Assembly: GCA_964187785.1 (NCBI GenBank)
Contig: OZ076409.1
Coordinates: forward strand, 41,976,001-42,040,000
Origin: Amphiscolops sp. MND2022
Taxonomy: Eukaryota
Reading direction: 5' to 3'
DNA length: 64,000 nucleotides
The notes beneath the pieces are model-generated. The model was not told where the DNA came from. It worked only from the letters and a program-made list of their open reading frames with translations, and ran no database searches. The position numbers and the translations under genes are program-made. This document shows, one piece after another, positions 47,274 to 59,650 of this stretch (position 1 is the first letter of the stretch; each line of letters opens with the position of its first letter).

Positions 47274-48141
47274 GTTTGTGTATCATGCTGCTTCCATCCC
47301 GCGGTTGTTAATACCGATTATTCTTTTATGTGGTCAAGGAACCCGGGCATCAAACGACTTCAAAGTTTGGGTGTACAAGAGAACAAAAAGTTTGCCGGTT
47401 TCGATGCATGAGGAATTTTATCATTTTCACTACACACTGCTATTGAAAAGAAAATAGAAAAATAAGAAGTCATGAAACTGTGAGCATGTTGGATCGATGG
47501 TCAAGGTCGAGTGCCAGATCTTTGATTCGCCTTCTTTCCAATGGAAATTTTCTCGATTGACACTTGGCCAGTTGAAAAGGCTCTTTCACTATTTTTGGAT
47601 TACAAACCACGCGTATAGTCGGCTATCTTATAATTCACTTCATTCATATTCTGATCATTTGAAACGCTTCGTTTTCCTTCAAACTAAACAACTAAAATTT
47701 ATAGAAACTTGCAAAAAAATAACTAAACATTCTATCTTATGACAAGTTTTCCCGGAGTTTGTCTCATGACCAGAAGCACCTTCGGCCTGAATTGTTTTCA
47801 CGACTGATTAATATCAGTGGATAAGGTGTGAACAAACATGCAGCTGCATTTCACAGATTAAATTTGGAAGTGTAATTATCCGGAGTGCATTTGAGATGTC
47901 CCTCCGAGCATAATTCAACATTCCATCAGTCTCTTTCACTCGTATTCATTCTCCGAATAACAATTCATGACGGCAGAAAAATTCGAATGCAACACACGTG
48001 ATAAACTTGTGATTATCATCCGCTTTGATATCTATTGACGCATCATAACAGTCTCGTATCGCCATAAACTGATTTAACGTATATACTGAATAAAATGAGC
48101 TCGCGCTTTGAAAATTGTTTAATAGCACCATAATTGTTTTT

Positions 48142-48823
48142 AACAAGCCGGGACCGGCCCAAGTCGGCGCCATATCCAAGGCTCAAAAATAGCAAAAAGA
48201 CTTCCAAGTGTCAAGTACTCTATTACAGTACTCGAAAATCGAAATTTTTTGAAAAAAAATTTTTTGAAAAAATTACATACTCAAAAAAATGGACCGAGTG
48301 GCGCGCTAAAGTCTCACAATGCCGAAAAACTGAAAGGGGGGACCCTTTGAGGTTTTTCAACATCCATTCTGTCGCAAAACATGAAAAAACTGAAGAAAAC
48401 AAAAATTTTCATTTTTGGGAAAAAATCTTACAATGCCGAAAAAAAACTGAAAGGGGGGACCCTTTGGGATTTTTCAACATCCATTCTGTCGCAAAACATC
48501 AAAAAAAATGCAGGGAGGACCCTTTGGGGAAAAAAATTTCGAAAAAAAATTCCGAAAAAAAATTCCGAAAAAAAATGTCTCGCAGTGCCGAAAAAAATTG
48601 AAAGGGGGGACTCTTTGGTCTCGCCCGGTTTGGTATGTTACGCGGAAAAACAGGTAAAACCTTTTTGGTTCAGTTCGCTAGACCAAATAGTGCATTTTGG
48701 ACCAATAATATTTTGTAGAACTTTTAAGAACTATTTTGGTCAGTTCGTGTGGATTGAAAAAAAAAAAAAAAAGAAAAGTCACTATAATAGTCGCGTTTCA
48801 CTTCATGAAGCGCCGACTAAAAA
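48142..48823 (-). mobile_element. Helentron/DINE-1-like non-autonomous element, complete copy
   Basis: AACAAGCCGGGACCGGCCCAAGTCGGCGC ... GCGCCGACTAAAAA with internal GGGGGACCCTTT subrepeats. Confidence 0.75.
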
Positions 48824-50429
48824 CAATTGGCACTGGAGGGGAAATTTTTCTGGGTAAGTTAGTAGTTACATAAATTAGGTTACCTAAACTAGAATACGAT
48901 CGAATTCAACAAAACCAACCAAAAATAAGCAGAGTTAATCAGTAAAAAACATCAGTATTTTCATTTGAGGTGATCATAAGAGAAATTTCTTTTAACTTCA
49001 AACACAAAATTGAGCTTGACGAGTCAAAAAGGCACAGAATACAACTGGTTTACATCTGATTTGACACTCTCAGTGGAGAACTGAAATTATAGCTTCAGAA
49101 TTTTACCTTCAACTTTTCCCCAAAACGTTCGAAGTCGCTCATTCATGTTGACGCTCTTAGGCGAAATTTATGGTAATTCAGTTTATTTGAGGTTACCGAA
49201 CTGAATTGAAAGGAAACTCCCAGGAAGGGTGGCAACTATTATTTACGCTTTCTAATATTGCCGAGGGTAATAAAGCAAGAACAGCCAGAGTGGGGGTATA
49301 TTAGCTTTGGGGAACTCTATGTTGTTGTTTCTTTCCGTCTCACTAAGTTTAATGACTTTGCCAGACGAAAGGTTTGGACCTTAAGGTTTCATTCCAGTTC
49401 ATGGCACCCGAATTGGCCAAACACCATGAAATGTACAAATTTGTCCATACAAAAAGTACAGGTTTACTGTCTTGCAACAAATTTTGTCCTATTTTTGTCA
49501 ATTACGCGGAAAACTATAGTTGTTAGTGAAGTTGGAATTTCTTGAAAATTCTTTGAAAAATCTTTGAAAAATGTGAAATCTTTTACGCATACTTTCTGAA
49601 CTTTTTCAGAGCTTGATGGTGAAATGCTGTCAGGTTTTTCTGACATCCTAATAGCTTTACAAAACGTTTCGCTATCGGATCGCTATTCGATGAAGTGCTA
49701 TCAGTAGCTAAAATTTCATTTTAGAAAGTTGAAAAAGTTCGGCATTGGTCAGATTTGACACATCTTTTGTTTGAGTATCAAAAGTGGCATGTACAGTGAT
49801 ATCCTCAAAGAACGCAGTCTGAAAACTCCTTGAATTTTCAAATTAATAAAACACAAATAAGAGGAGTAAAGACCAAGGAAATGCGGATATCTTGAGCGAG
49901 TTCACTCCAATAATTTTTTTACTGCTTCTTTGTAACTACTTTCCAGAACTGTTGGCTCAAAGTAGGAAACAAATGCGTCTAGTAAACACGAAAAAATATC
50001 AACAAACCAATCATAAATTTGTCAATTTCTAAAACACCAATTGTACGAAAAACTTATCTTCTTCATAGACGCTCTACAGATGGCGAGATGTTCGTTGTTT
50101 TTTGGGAAACGGTAAAAATTGTTCTTGGATGCGCGATCAGTTTTTATTTTTCAATCTTCAGTGTTTTTTGGCCAACCAGATTGCGCTTCAATATTGAGTA
50201 CTTCGTGGTCGGTCACTGCACGACACAATAATTTCAAAAACTCAATTCACTTAGAGTAGTATTACAGTGACTTGTTTTTTCTAGAGACAACAGAATGTAT
50301 GCGTAGTGAACACTTTTTACAGAACTACTAAACTACTGGACCGGCAAACGTAAACGCATCTAGGCTAATGCAAAGAGTCTATTCTTCCATTTATTCCACT
50401 TTTAACGTAAGATACAAAACCGGACGAGA

Positions 50430-50828
50430 CTGTGGAGTCCCCCATTCATTTTATCCCGCCCTGTGCGACTTCGTTTCGAATTTTTTTGTCTCCAAAGGGT
50501 CTTTTTCAAATTTTTGGATATTTTGCAACAAACTGAAATTTCAAAAAGTCTAAAGGGTCTCACCTTTTACATTTTTCGGCACTTGAAGACTGTTTCAAAA
50601 TACTTTTTTAGTCTGAAATTGAGTTCTGAATTAAGTTCTCAAAATATATACCCATAAATATTTTTTTCAATACTTTCCAAAATTTTGACATATTATTCGG
50701 AGTGAAGCGCTATATCCAAACTTTTGACGTTATATTCGAAGTAATTCGCGTTTTAGTGAGGAGGAGGCGTATGATTAATCTTTTTGAGCTTTAGATATAG
50801 CGCCGACTTTTGACGCTCCCGTCTTGTT
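50430..50828 (+). mobile_element. Diverged copy of the same Helentron-like family
   Basis: Ends GCGCCGACTTTTGACGCTCCCGTCTTGTT; 5' boundary approximate. Confidence 0.6.
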
Positions 50829-52981
50829 TCTATTTAAAATTATTGGAATCCAAAATGGAGACAAAAGAGACTAAAGACAAATATCAGACTAAAAGATCTG
50901 GCGTGGGCACCCTTTGACTGACTTAAGGCGTCAAGTCTCAAATCGGCGTCACCTTTCAGGATCAAAAAGCGCATTGTTTCAAATGAATGCTCAAGTTTTT
51001 TTTATGAGAATCTCACCAAAAAGTGTCAAAACATCCAAAGAGACTTCGTGCTACTGGGACGAATGGATTCGGTTGTTTTTGATTCTCCGCCCACTCTTCC
51101 CCATCTTTGATGAAAAGCAATATGGATATAACATCCAAAAATCGAAGAGTATTGAAAAAAATATAGATGGATTTATACTGAGTAAACCTAACTCTAGACA
51201 AAAAATCAGAATTTTGAACAGTCTCAAAGTTTCGGAAAATGTGGAAAGAAGTATCCTTTGGGATTTTTTTAACATCCATTTTGTTGCTAAAGATCGACAA
51301 AATTGAAAGAGAGACACTTTGGAGACTTTTTTGAAGACATGAAAAAAATTCGAAAACAAGTCTCACAGTGTCGACAAAAATCGAAAAGAGGGAACTTTTG
51401 GTCTCGTTTGGTTTTGCATGTTACGTTTAAAAAGGAGAATTTTTTGAACCTGAGGAACACAATTTAGCAAGTGAAAAAAAACGAGTTCAGCTCAAAAGCA
51501 TGCCCTGCTTGTACGCTAAATCGACTGAAGTGTTTCTGAAGATATGGTTTAAAAAGTGCAAAAAATTTTACTGCCGTGCGTGACTCGCGCCCGAGTACAC
51601 ATAAAGAAACTAATTCGCCTGGTAGTGAAAATCGAGTTCTTCCCTATGCCAAGACGGAAGTAAATTCCAGGTTGGAAGATTGACACTGATGGGTTTTCAA
51701 GTATATCACCACTGTACAGTAGAACCGAATTTTTTTACGTTAATTGAAAAAACCTTCCAGTATATGTTGGCGCCAGTCAGTTGCGAGACGAGAAACTGAA
51801 TTTTGAACGTGACTGCTGAAACATATAACTCAAAACTCTTAGAAACTTTGTCAAGGTTTCAGTTGTAAATATACAAGTTTTTGGCAAAGTGGAGGCATGT
51901 AATAAAACACCACCCCCCGTCCGGGTGAACCGCTCATTCAATCACCTCGAAACTTGGCACTTATATAGTGGTGGTGCTAACATCACTCACCTAACATCAC
52001 TCAGAACACCCAACCCCGTATGCCCCTGGGTTCCGAACAATTAACACCCAAAGTCACCTGGGTCGGACCCCATAAAAAGTCCAATTTTGCTACTCAAGTT
52101 ATTATGTGGTTTCCTCATATGACCTTCAAAGAAATGTAACTCTGTTGAAATTAATAGTATTTACATTGTGTAAACATACTTTCTAGCCTACCTGACCAAC
52201 GTGCCAAAAGCACCACATTGTTTGTTTACTTAGCCATAACCTTCATATTATGCTTTAAAGGTCATTCATTTGTACAACATATTTTGATGTGTATTTACTG
52301 TAGAATTGTAAACGATATGTATACCATTATTAGATAGAGATTTTGTCCACTGAATAGCTATAGTCAAGTTGGGTCTCAGGAGCGCGAGACTAATTGACTC
52401 TCCACATCTTTTCGCTAGAGTCAGAGTGAACAAGTAGCTACTCTCATAGTTGGAGAGCCGGAGCGCGTAAAGATTCAGAGCGGGAAGTTTGTGCTGGATC
52501 ACATCGGATCCACCCTAGTGTAAAGCAGGATCACCAGGAGATTCCTCGGGTCACATCGGACCCACCAGCCAAAAGATACAGTCCTTTAAAACAAGAAAAC
52601 CAGTATTTGTTTAGTAACGGTCCACAGTACTAGGCAACGGATCAGGGCGGTGTAAAGCTTGCCAAGCCTGAGCACAAGATAAGGGCAAGCAGCCCTTACC
52701 GTATAGTTAAATTTGGAAATGTGACAAAAGTATCTTGAGCCAAGTGAATCTGGAACATGCTTTTTCTCTGGAAATTAAGGAATGTTGGAACCATCCAAAG
52801 TTTGTATAGCTTTTTTGGGGTCATAAAATGTCACTATTTTTATCATCTCCGCATTGGGAGGAGCAAACAAGTTTTGAGGGTTCTAAAATAACATCTAGAA
52901 CGTTCTGAACATGCTCAAGTTCTTACAGAATGTTTAAAGGGAAAGTTTTCGTTTTCTAGAGACGCTTCTTTCATGCTCATA

Positions 52982-53404
52982 TTTTTAGTCGGCGCATTTT
53001 AGTAGAAAATGTGCCCGATTCTTACAGTGGGTAGTTTTTTAGACGCAAAACAGACGTCCAGAACCTCGAAATCACACTAAGTTTTTCCCCATAGCCCCAC
53101 TTTTTTTCGGCACTGTGCGACTTTTTTTGAAATTTTTTGGATTGCACCATAGGGTCCCCCCTTCATTTGTTTCGACATTTTGCAACACAATGGATGTCAA
53201 AAAATCCCAAAGTGTCCCCCCTTTTACGTATTTCGGCACTGTGACACTGTTCAAAAATCTCTTTTTTTCAAGTCCCCAAAGAGCTCCCCTCCAATTTTTT
53301 TTCATATTTTGCAACCAGCTGGAGTTTCACAAAGCCAGAAGGGTCCTCCTTTTACAATTTTGAGCCTAAGATATAGCGCCGACTTTGGCCGTTCTCGGCT
53401 TGTT
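52982..53404 (+). mobile_element. Helentron/DINE-1-like non-autonomous element, complete copy
   Basis: TTTTTAGTCGGCGC ... GCGCCGACTTTGGCCGTTCTCGGCTTGTT: 9-bp subterminal inverted repeat, 3' hairpin, T-rich ends. Confidence 0.78.
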
Positions 53405-53456
53405 ATTGTTGAGGAAACATGTTCTTAAACTGAAGTGGACAGTGTTGTTTTTGCAG

Positions 53457-53688
53457 GAATTAGACAGCAAACACTTTCTCGCCAGACTGGTCGCTATGGA
53501 AACTGCATCAAGAACTGGCCCGAGATCATGGGGTATCTGAACCACACGGGGTACGATTATTCTTACTTGGGCTGCAGTAAAGTCTGCATTCAGGAGCAGC
53601 TGATGGCCGCCTGTGGTTGTGTTGACTCCCTTCTGCTTGAAAACGTCACCCTTTGCAACATAGTCAACAGCACTCAAGACAGCTGCAG
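53457..53688 (+). CDS. ENaC-like gene exon E (thumb)
   Basis: ttgcag|GA ... AG|gtact; RYGNC ... YSYLGCSKVCIQEQLMAACGC ... LCNIVNSTQDSC. Confidence 0.95.
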
Positions 53689-55324
53689 GTACTGTCCAGG
53701 ATCCACTGAATCCAGGGTCCATTAGATCCAGCGCCCATGGTCTATTAGCCACTGAAAAAATTAAGACCGTCTTAATTAAGACCGTGACACACTATGAACA
53801 GAATTTGCAGAGAGAATTATTATGTAGTTATACTTATTATGTAGTATTTAAAAAAACAGAACTTCACGAAATATTTCTTAAAACTCGAAACTTTTCATGA
53901 CACACGAGTATCTTTATGAACGAGACAGAACATTATATTCAATTTTCATGGAAGAATCCATTGAAAATATCTATTTTATCAGCGTGAAATAACATTCTGA
54001 GGACAATCACAACAAGAAATTTGCTCTGACAATATGATTGATTCATCTTCAACTTGAAACATTATTGAAAAACGGAAAACTTTATTCAACGAGCTGAAAT
54101 TAATCCGTTTTTTCCGTATTTTAGTAGATAGTAAAACATTCAGAACATTTAGGATGGTAAAACATTTAGGACAGTTTTGCAGTGTGTACAAACTATTCAT
54201 CATAATCAGGTCATATTTGTGCGAAATTTGTAACATTTCTTGCAAAATTTAATGAAAAAGTTCAGTCACGCTGCTGCAGGTAAGCCGTGACAGTTTGCAG
54301 AAATTCGCGACTAGATGAAAGCTCATCTAGAAGACTAAAAAGGCAACAGATATCGATTTTATGCTAGAAGATTAAAGAATTTATGCTGCATTGAGAGAGC
54401 AGCGACCAAGATACTACCGCGTTCTAAAATCCAGAGGGATTTGAAAAGATTACCCTAAACACTCCAAAATAAAAAATATGCTCAAATTTTCATTTGAACA
54501 TGACAACTTGTACCATTACTAATTCTATAGAATTAGTAAAGGTATAAGTTGTACGCCATAGCTTTGTATTTTTCACTCCATTTTCCAATACCGCTATTTG
54601 TATATTTGTATTTTTTAAAAAAAAACATTTGACAAATTCTCATTTTATAATTTTTACAAAATGAAGATAGGTTAACCTAGAAGAGAATTCTCTTCTTAAA
54701 ATAAAACTCAAGGGTACCGGCGGAAAAAATTTAGCGTCAACTTTTGAGTTTTCCTCAGAGTGCTGAGCCTAAAAGGAAAATCGATCATTTGTGAAGATGT
54801 TTTCATGCTCTACTTTTTACAAACAACAATCAATCAATATTCTATTTATACATCAAGATACACACTTCTGCAGACAGATGTAAGTAAATTCTAAAGAGAA
54901 AAATGGTCAAGATAATTTTTGGAAAGACAAAATATTGACTAAGTACCCTAGTTTTTTTACGTTTTCTTGTGCTTCCCAATGTGTTACATAAAGTAAAATA
55001 CAAACACAACCAATTTTAACTTGGGGTTGCAAAACATTTTCAACTATAAAAGTTTAATTTTCATTTTCTTAAAGAAAATCTCTGGACAATAACTGATAAT
55101 TTATATATATTTTTACTCAGATGGTGGTCGATATGACAACTCACTGCATAAAAAGAACGCTCGAGGTTGCATACCTCAAAGTTAAATTTTTCATATAAAA
55201 AAGTTGGAAAAAGTTAATGCGATCCAGAATTACGTAATTGTTTCATGTACGAATTAGTGAATTCATTTTTTTGCAAACTTCTACGAAAGCTAACCACACC
55301 ATAAGGATTTCTTGTTTTCTACAG

Positions 55325-55523
55325 GAAAGCAGTTTACGATCGGTACCAATCAGGTGAATTTGGGTGCGAGTGCTCACAGCCGTGTGAGGAAATGGTCTTC
55401 ACCAAAATAGTGTCTGAAAGCACGTGGCCAAACACCAAGTACATGCATCACATGATCCGCAGACTCCTCACTGACGAGAGTTACTTGGTCCGAGAGACAA
55501 CCAAAGACTTCCTCATACCCTAC
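55325..55523 (+). CDS. ENaC-like gene exon F (3' boundary 55523 or 55529)
   Basis: ctacag|G; KAVYDRYQSGEFGCECSQPCEE ... SESTWPNTKY; donor ambiguous. Confidence 0.85.
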
Positions 55524-55902
55524 GTTCAGGGATGCTCACAATGCACTTGCAATTTGAAATGATGGAAAGAATAAATTTCCAAAAACTAGGCGTGTTGTAT
55601 GCGTTTCTGAAGCAAATGATGGTTGTTTTTCCTGTTCTTCATTATTTTTTGACGATAGAAAATATATTACCGCAATATTGCGAATCAAAAGTCATATTTT
55701 TCATTATGGTTGAACTGAAAGTATTCAATTATTATTGAATATGGTTGAAAAGCTGGTGCGATTGTTGTGATTGAAAGATTTTGGAGATAAATTAATTCAA
55801 AAAACCTTGTGTCAATTATGATATTAATTAAACAAAATTATAAACCAAAACTAGAAAAAAACTTTATACCATCTTGTGATCATCCATTCATACATGATGT
55901 AG

Positions 55903-56033
55903 GCAAGAATTGACATAATGCAGAGACACAAAATGGAGCACGCTGATGCCGACAAATTGCCCTTTAACGACACCATGTACTATCGCTGGTTCGAGCGCGA
56001 AATGATGGAAATGCTACGAATGAACTTCCTAAG
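55903..56033 (+). CDS. ENaC-like gene exon G (extended knuckle)
   Basis: tgtag|GCA ... CTAAG|gtttct; ARIDIMQ...EMLRMNFLR joins VEVYFE of the next exon in phase 2. Confidence 0.8.
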
Positions 56034-56467
56034 GTTTCTCATTTCATCATTTTTCACAAACTAAACACTTCTGGTTAAAGTTTTTTGATGAGTGAGACTT
56101 GCTAGATAGAAACTATTGCCACCATTTTAGTTGGGTCTTTTGAGTCCAAAAACATGCTCATAATATTAGATAGAACTCCTTTTTCTCTATGGCTCAAATG
56201 GATAGCGCATTTTTGCATCACGTATCCAATCAGTGTATCCAAATTAGAATCAACGGCACTAGATTTTTGGTGTTTTTAGGATTCTTTTCTTTTTGTTAGG
56301 AAAACAATCAATTTCTGGTTGAAACATATTCAACTAGCTGACATCAATATTGCCTGGTGACTTTCATCGAAAGCTCTACGTTCCGAGAGATTCAATGGTC
56401 TATAACAACGTGGAACTAGATTTGAATAACCAAAGATGATGAAATTATATGATATGTATATTTTTAG

Positions 56468-56762
56468 GGTTGAAGTGTATTTCGAGACGCTATCTTATGA
56501 AATGGTGCGTGAACAACCTCAGTACGGCTGGGAACATCTTCTGTCCAACATCGGAGGTGCCTTGGGTCTTTGGTTGGGCCTGAGTATCATCACAGTGTTC
56601 GAGTTCTGTGAACTCATCTTCGATCTGCACAGAATCATCATTTCCAGCAGATACAAAAAGAGACAAAATGAGAGGAAGCGAATCTTCACCCTCAACTACA
56701 GACAAAGAAATGCCGCCTCCCTCAAACAGATGAACTTGCACTCTGAGTCTAGTTTAGTTTAG
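56468..56762 (+). CDS. ENaC-like gene terminal exon: TM2 and C-tail
   Basis: tttttag|G; VEVYFETLSYE ... LLSNIGGALGLWLGLSIITVFEFCE with GxS filter; stop TAG. Confidence 0.96.
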
Positions 56763-56917
56763 TCACCCCCTCCCCTAACATCCACACTCCCTCACAGTTG
56801 AATTGATATGATCCAATACCCGCTGCTGTTGCAGTTTATGAGCATAATGTTTTCTATCATTTGTAGTCTATTTCATCATTTTTCAATTAAATTGTTAGAT
56901 TTTACTCGTAGTTTTTT

Positions 56918-57184
56918 TGTGATTGATTTGCAAGAGAGTAAAGATTAGGAAAACGAGAAATGATTTGACCTGAACGGCAACGTTTGCTGTCACAATCGAT
57001 AATCATATACGGAGCTATAGTTTAAATGTTTAATTCTATTCTCGCTTTAGACTTTTATCACTCGCTCATCGCCGGTAATTCTATAATGTACTCGATCATC
57101 TAGTCAAACCGCTTTACCAAAATGAATTGAACTTAGACGAAACAATAGTTTCCAATGGGGACTCTGAGCAGGAGGATTATCACA
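56918..57184. mobile_element. Possible old solo LTR (267 bp)
   Basis: TGTGAT...ATCACA inverted termini; no TSD recognised. Confidence 0.35.
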
Positions 57185-58989
57185 GTATACAATGGTTGAT
57201 TGGGGGACCCTTTCGATGCGTCCACAGAAATCAACACTAAAAAAGGTTCTCCCGTACTGGTACTCTACCGCAAACCACCGGTGACCACCCGTGGAAACAC
57301 TTTGGGCTTTCAAAAATTCCAAAACGGATTTTGAAAATTCAAATCAAGCGCTCGAGCATGCTTGCCAGTAAAATTTTGTTTGTCATTATTTTTCAGATTG
57401 AATGCGTATCTTTCTGGTTATTTCAGTGGGTTGCCTTGATGGCCCAGGTAGCATTTAGGACACTTTTTGGCAACGCGTTTCCTGAAGCCGATGGTAGGTA
57501 GGATATTACGAATTTGGGTTAGATTGTCATGAATTTTAGATGAAAATGGTCTAGATGAGAGGGAGAATAAGATCTAAAGAATAAGATTTGAATTATTCCG
57601 TCCTCCAGATCCAGATTTGGAAGATCGCAGATCTAAAATCACTGTATTTTGGGGAAATATGGCTCAAACTTTCTCATAGAATATCTAGAAACACCCTATG
57701 TTGATGGAATAAGATCTAAAAACATTGTATTCTGATGGAATAAGGTTCATAAATGGTAGAAAAATTCAGAAACTAATATGAACTGAAACAAATTTTTGAA
57801 TTTTCATTCTAAAGGTTGTACGACTTTTGAATGCCTTGTTAGTATGATTATTCACAGAGTTCAAATACAAAACATGTATCTTCTATCCAAACTTTGGTAT
57901 AATTGAATAAGTATTTTGTCAAAAGCAAGAATAAAAATGGCAATTTTCGACTGTTCAATACAAAGTGTGTAGGTTTTTTGAATTCTTTCCTGGGCATTAG
58001 TATCCAACGCCTTCAACAAATTATTTGGCTACCTGGCACTTTATTGTATTCAGAAATGTAGATTTCATTCAGAAACAAGACTAGAATGAACCAAGCATTT
58101 TTTGGTTGTGAAATTCTTGCAGAGTTCAACAACGAAACATTTAGCTACTCAATTTTTTCTTCCATTCAGATTGAAATGTTAGGTGCCAAAAAAAACAAAG
58201 TCACTATGATAACATTTAGATTTTTAGACACATTTCGATCATTGGTTTGTTTTTAGCATATATTCATTGGTTACGTTTGAGCCTTTACAAAATTTTACGA
58301 CTGAAAGTATTCCGGTGCTCAGCAGGCTTCGTGTTCAAAAAACGTCGACTAAAACGATTATCTTAAACTCAAAACAAAAAGTCACTTGTTGATAAATGGT
58401 CTTTTGGATGGTCTCTAGTCTTTCATTTCCAGGTGGATTCTCTACAAAAACCGCCTTTTTTACTCGTAAAATTTTCCCGAACTATGCTTTCTTTCTTGAA
58501 GTGGTCGTACAGGATCATCAGAAGAACCTGATAATTTGAATTGTGCGATAAAAATGCAAAATCCGCTACTTCACTTAAAGCATTCATCCAAACTTTAAAC
58601 GATGTGTATCTCCCATGAAATAAGGAGAAAATTATTGATTTTGTCCTTTAAAACTGACTCCCTCTCAAGCGAGTGATGAAGCAGCTCTTGTTGAACTGTT
58701 ATATTGATGAAAAAAGTACTTGTGCCAGACAAGCTTTTTGGGGTTCGAGCTTTGCGAGGTGCCCATATGGTGACGTTTTTTTTCGCAGATTTCGTGACAT
58801 CTACCAACTTTTCAAACTTGTGAGGCAAATTGAGGCAACAGAGAAGGATACCATGTTTTTGCTAAACGTTGCGCAAGGTCCTAGACACATTTTCGCCGAA
58901 AAATAGTTCAAAAAAATTCGGCTTCATGGGCTTATTTGAAAAGAACTTTTGAAAAAAACGCGATTTTCCAGTGTTTTTCATCTTTGATC

Positions 58990-59650
58990 CCCTATATCTC
59001 AGAACTGAGACTATATACAGGGTCCATGGTTCCGTAAACTGTACAAGCGTTCCATAGGTTACATTTTGACCTAAAAACGACGTCAAAAAATAATTTCATA
59101 CTTGGTTTTTTTTAGCCAAAAAGAGATGAAAAAATGTCGAAAAATTTTTTCTCAATCGTAGCTCATATTTCTCAAAACTGAAGAAAGATACAGAAACCAT
59201 TCTTTCGAAAAAAACAGCATGGATGTAGGTTACTTTTTAGACCAACAAAGTGTCCGTCATCAAGTATGACGCCTTCGTTTTCTGCAAAAAATACTTGAAT
59301 TTTTTAAAATTTCTTGGTTCTGTTTTTACTTGAGCACCTATATCCCATGACCGAGACCAAATATGGGGTTCATGGTTTCGTTAGTATTACGAGGTTGATG
59401 TAGGCTACGTTTTAGGCTAAAAATGACGTCGAAATTTTTTTCGCTCTGGATTTTTTGAGCAAATGAAGTAATGAAAAAATGTTTCCTCAAATTTTCTATT
59501 TTTCCAAATTGTAGCTGATTTTTCTCAGAACTGAAAATAGATACGAAAACCATTCTTCCTCACAAAGTGTGACTAAGATGAGGGCTACTTTCGGTACTGT
59601 CAAAGTTTCCGTCATGAAGTATGACGACTTCGGATTTCTGCCAAAAATAC
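58990..59650. repeat. Diverged tandem duplication, period ~350 bp
   Basis: Shared blocks in the same order: CCTATATC, TAAAAA(C/T)GACGTC, GTAGCT, AACTGAA..AGATAC..AAACCATTCTT, CCGTCAT.AAGTATGACG. Confidence 0.75.

Larger units (their letters stand above)
19674..56762 (+). other. Gene span (5'-partial): DEG/ENaC-family channel subunit with LDLa repeats and an ShK domain, 8 visible exons
   Basis: All exon junctions are phase-compatible (1,0,1,1,2,0,2); 1893 nt = 630 aa + stop; TM1 and N-terminus not found in the window. Confidence 0.9.

Noticed and set aside
48134..48857. Lys/Phe-rich ORFs of 155 and 158 aa
   Set aside because: Chance frames through the A-rich subrepeats of the Helentron-like element
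54874..54879. 6-nt frame-preserving microexon (ctgcag|ACAGAT|gtaagt) between exons E and F
   Set aside because: Exons E and F already give normal cysteine spacing and such motifs arise by chance; needs junction reads
56185..56215. tRNA A-box-like TGGCTCAAATGGATAGCGC
   Set aside because: No B-box or cloverleaf follows
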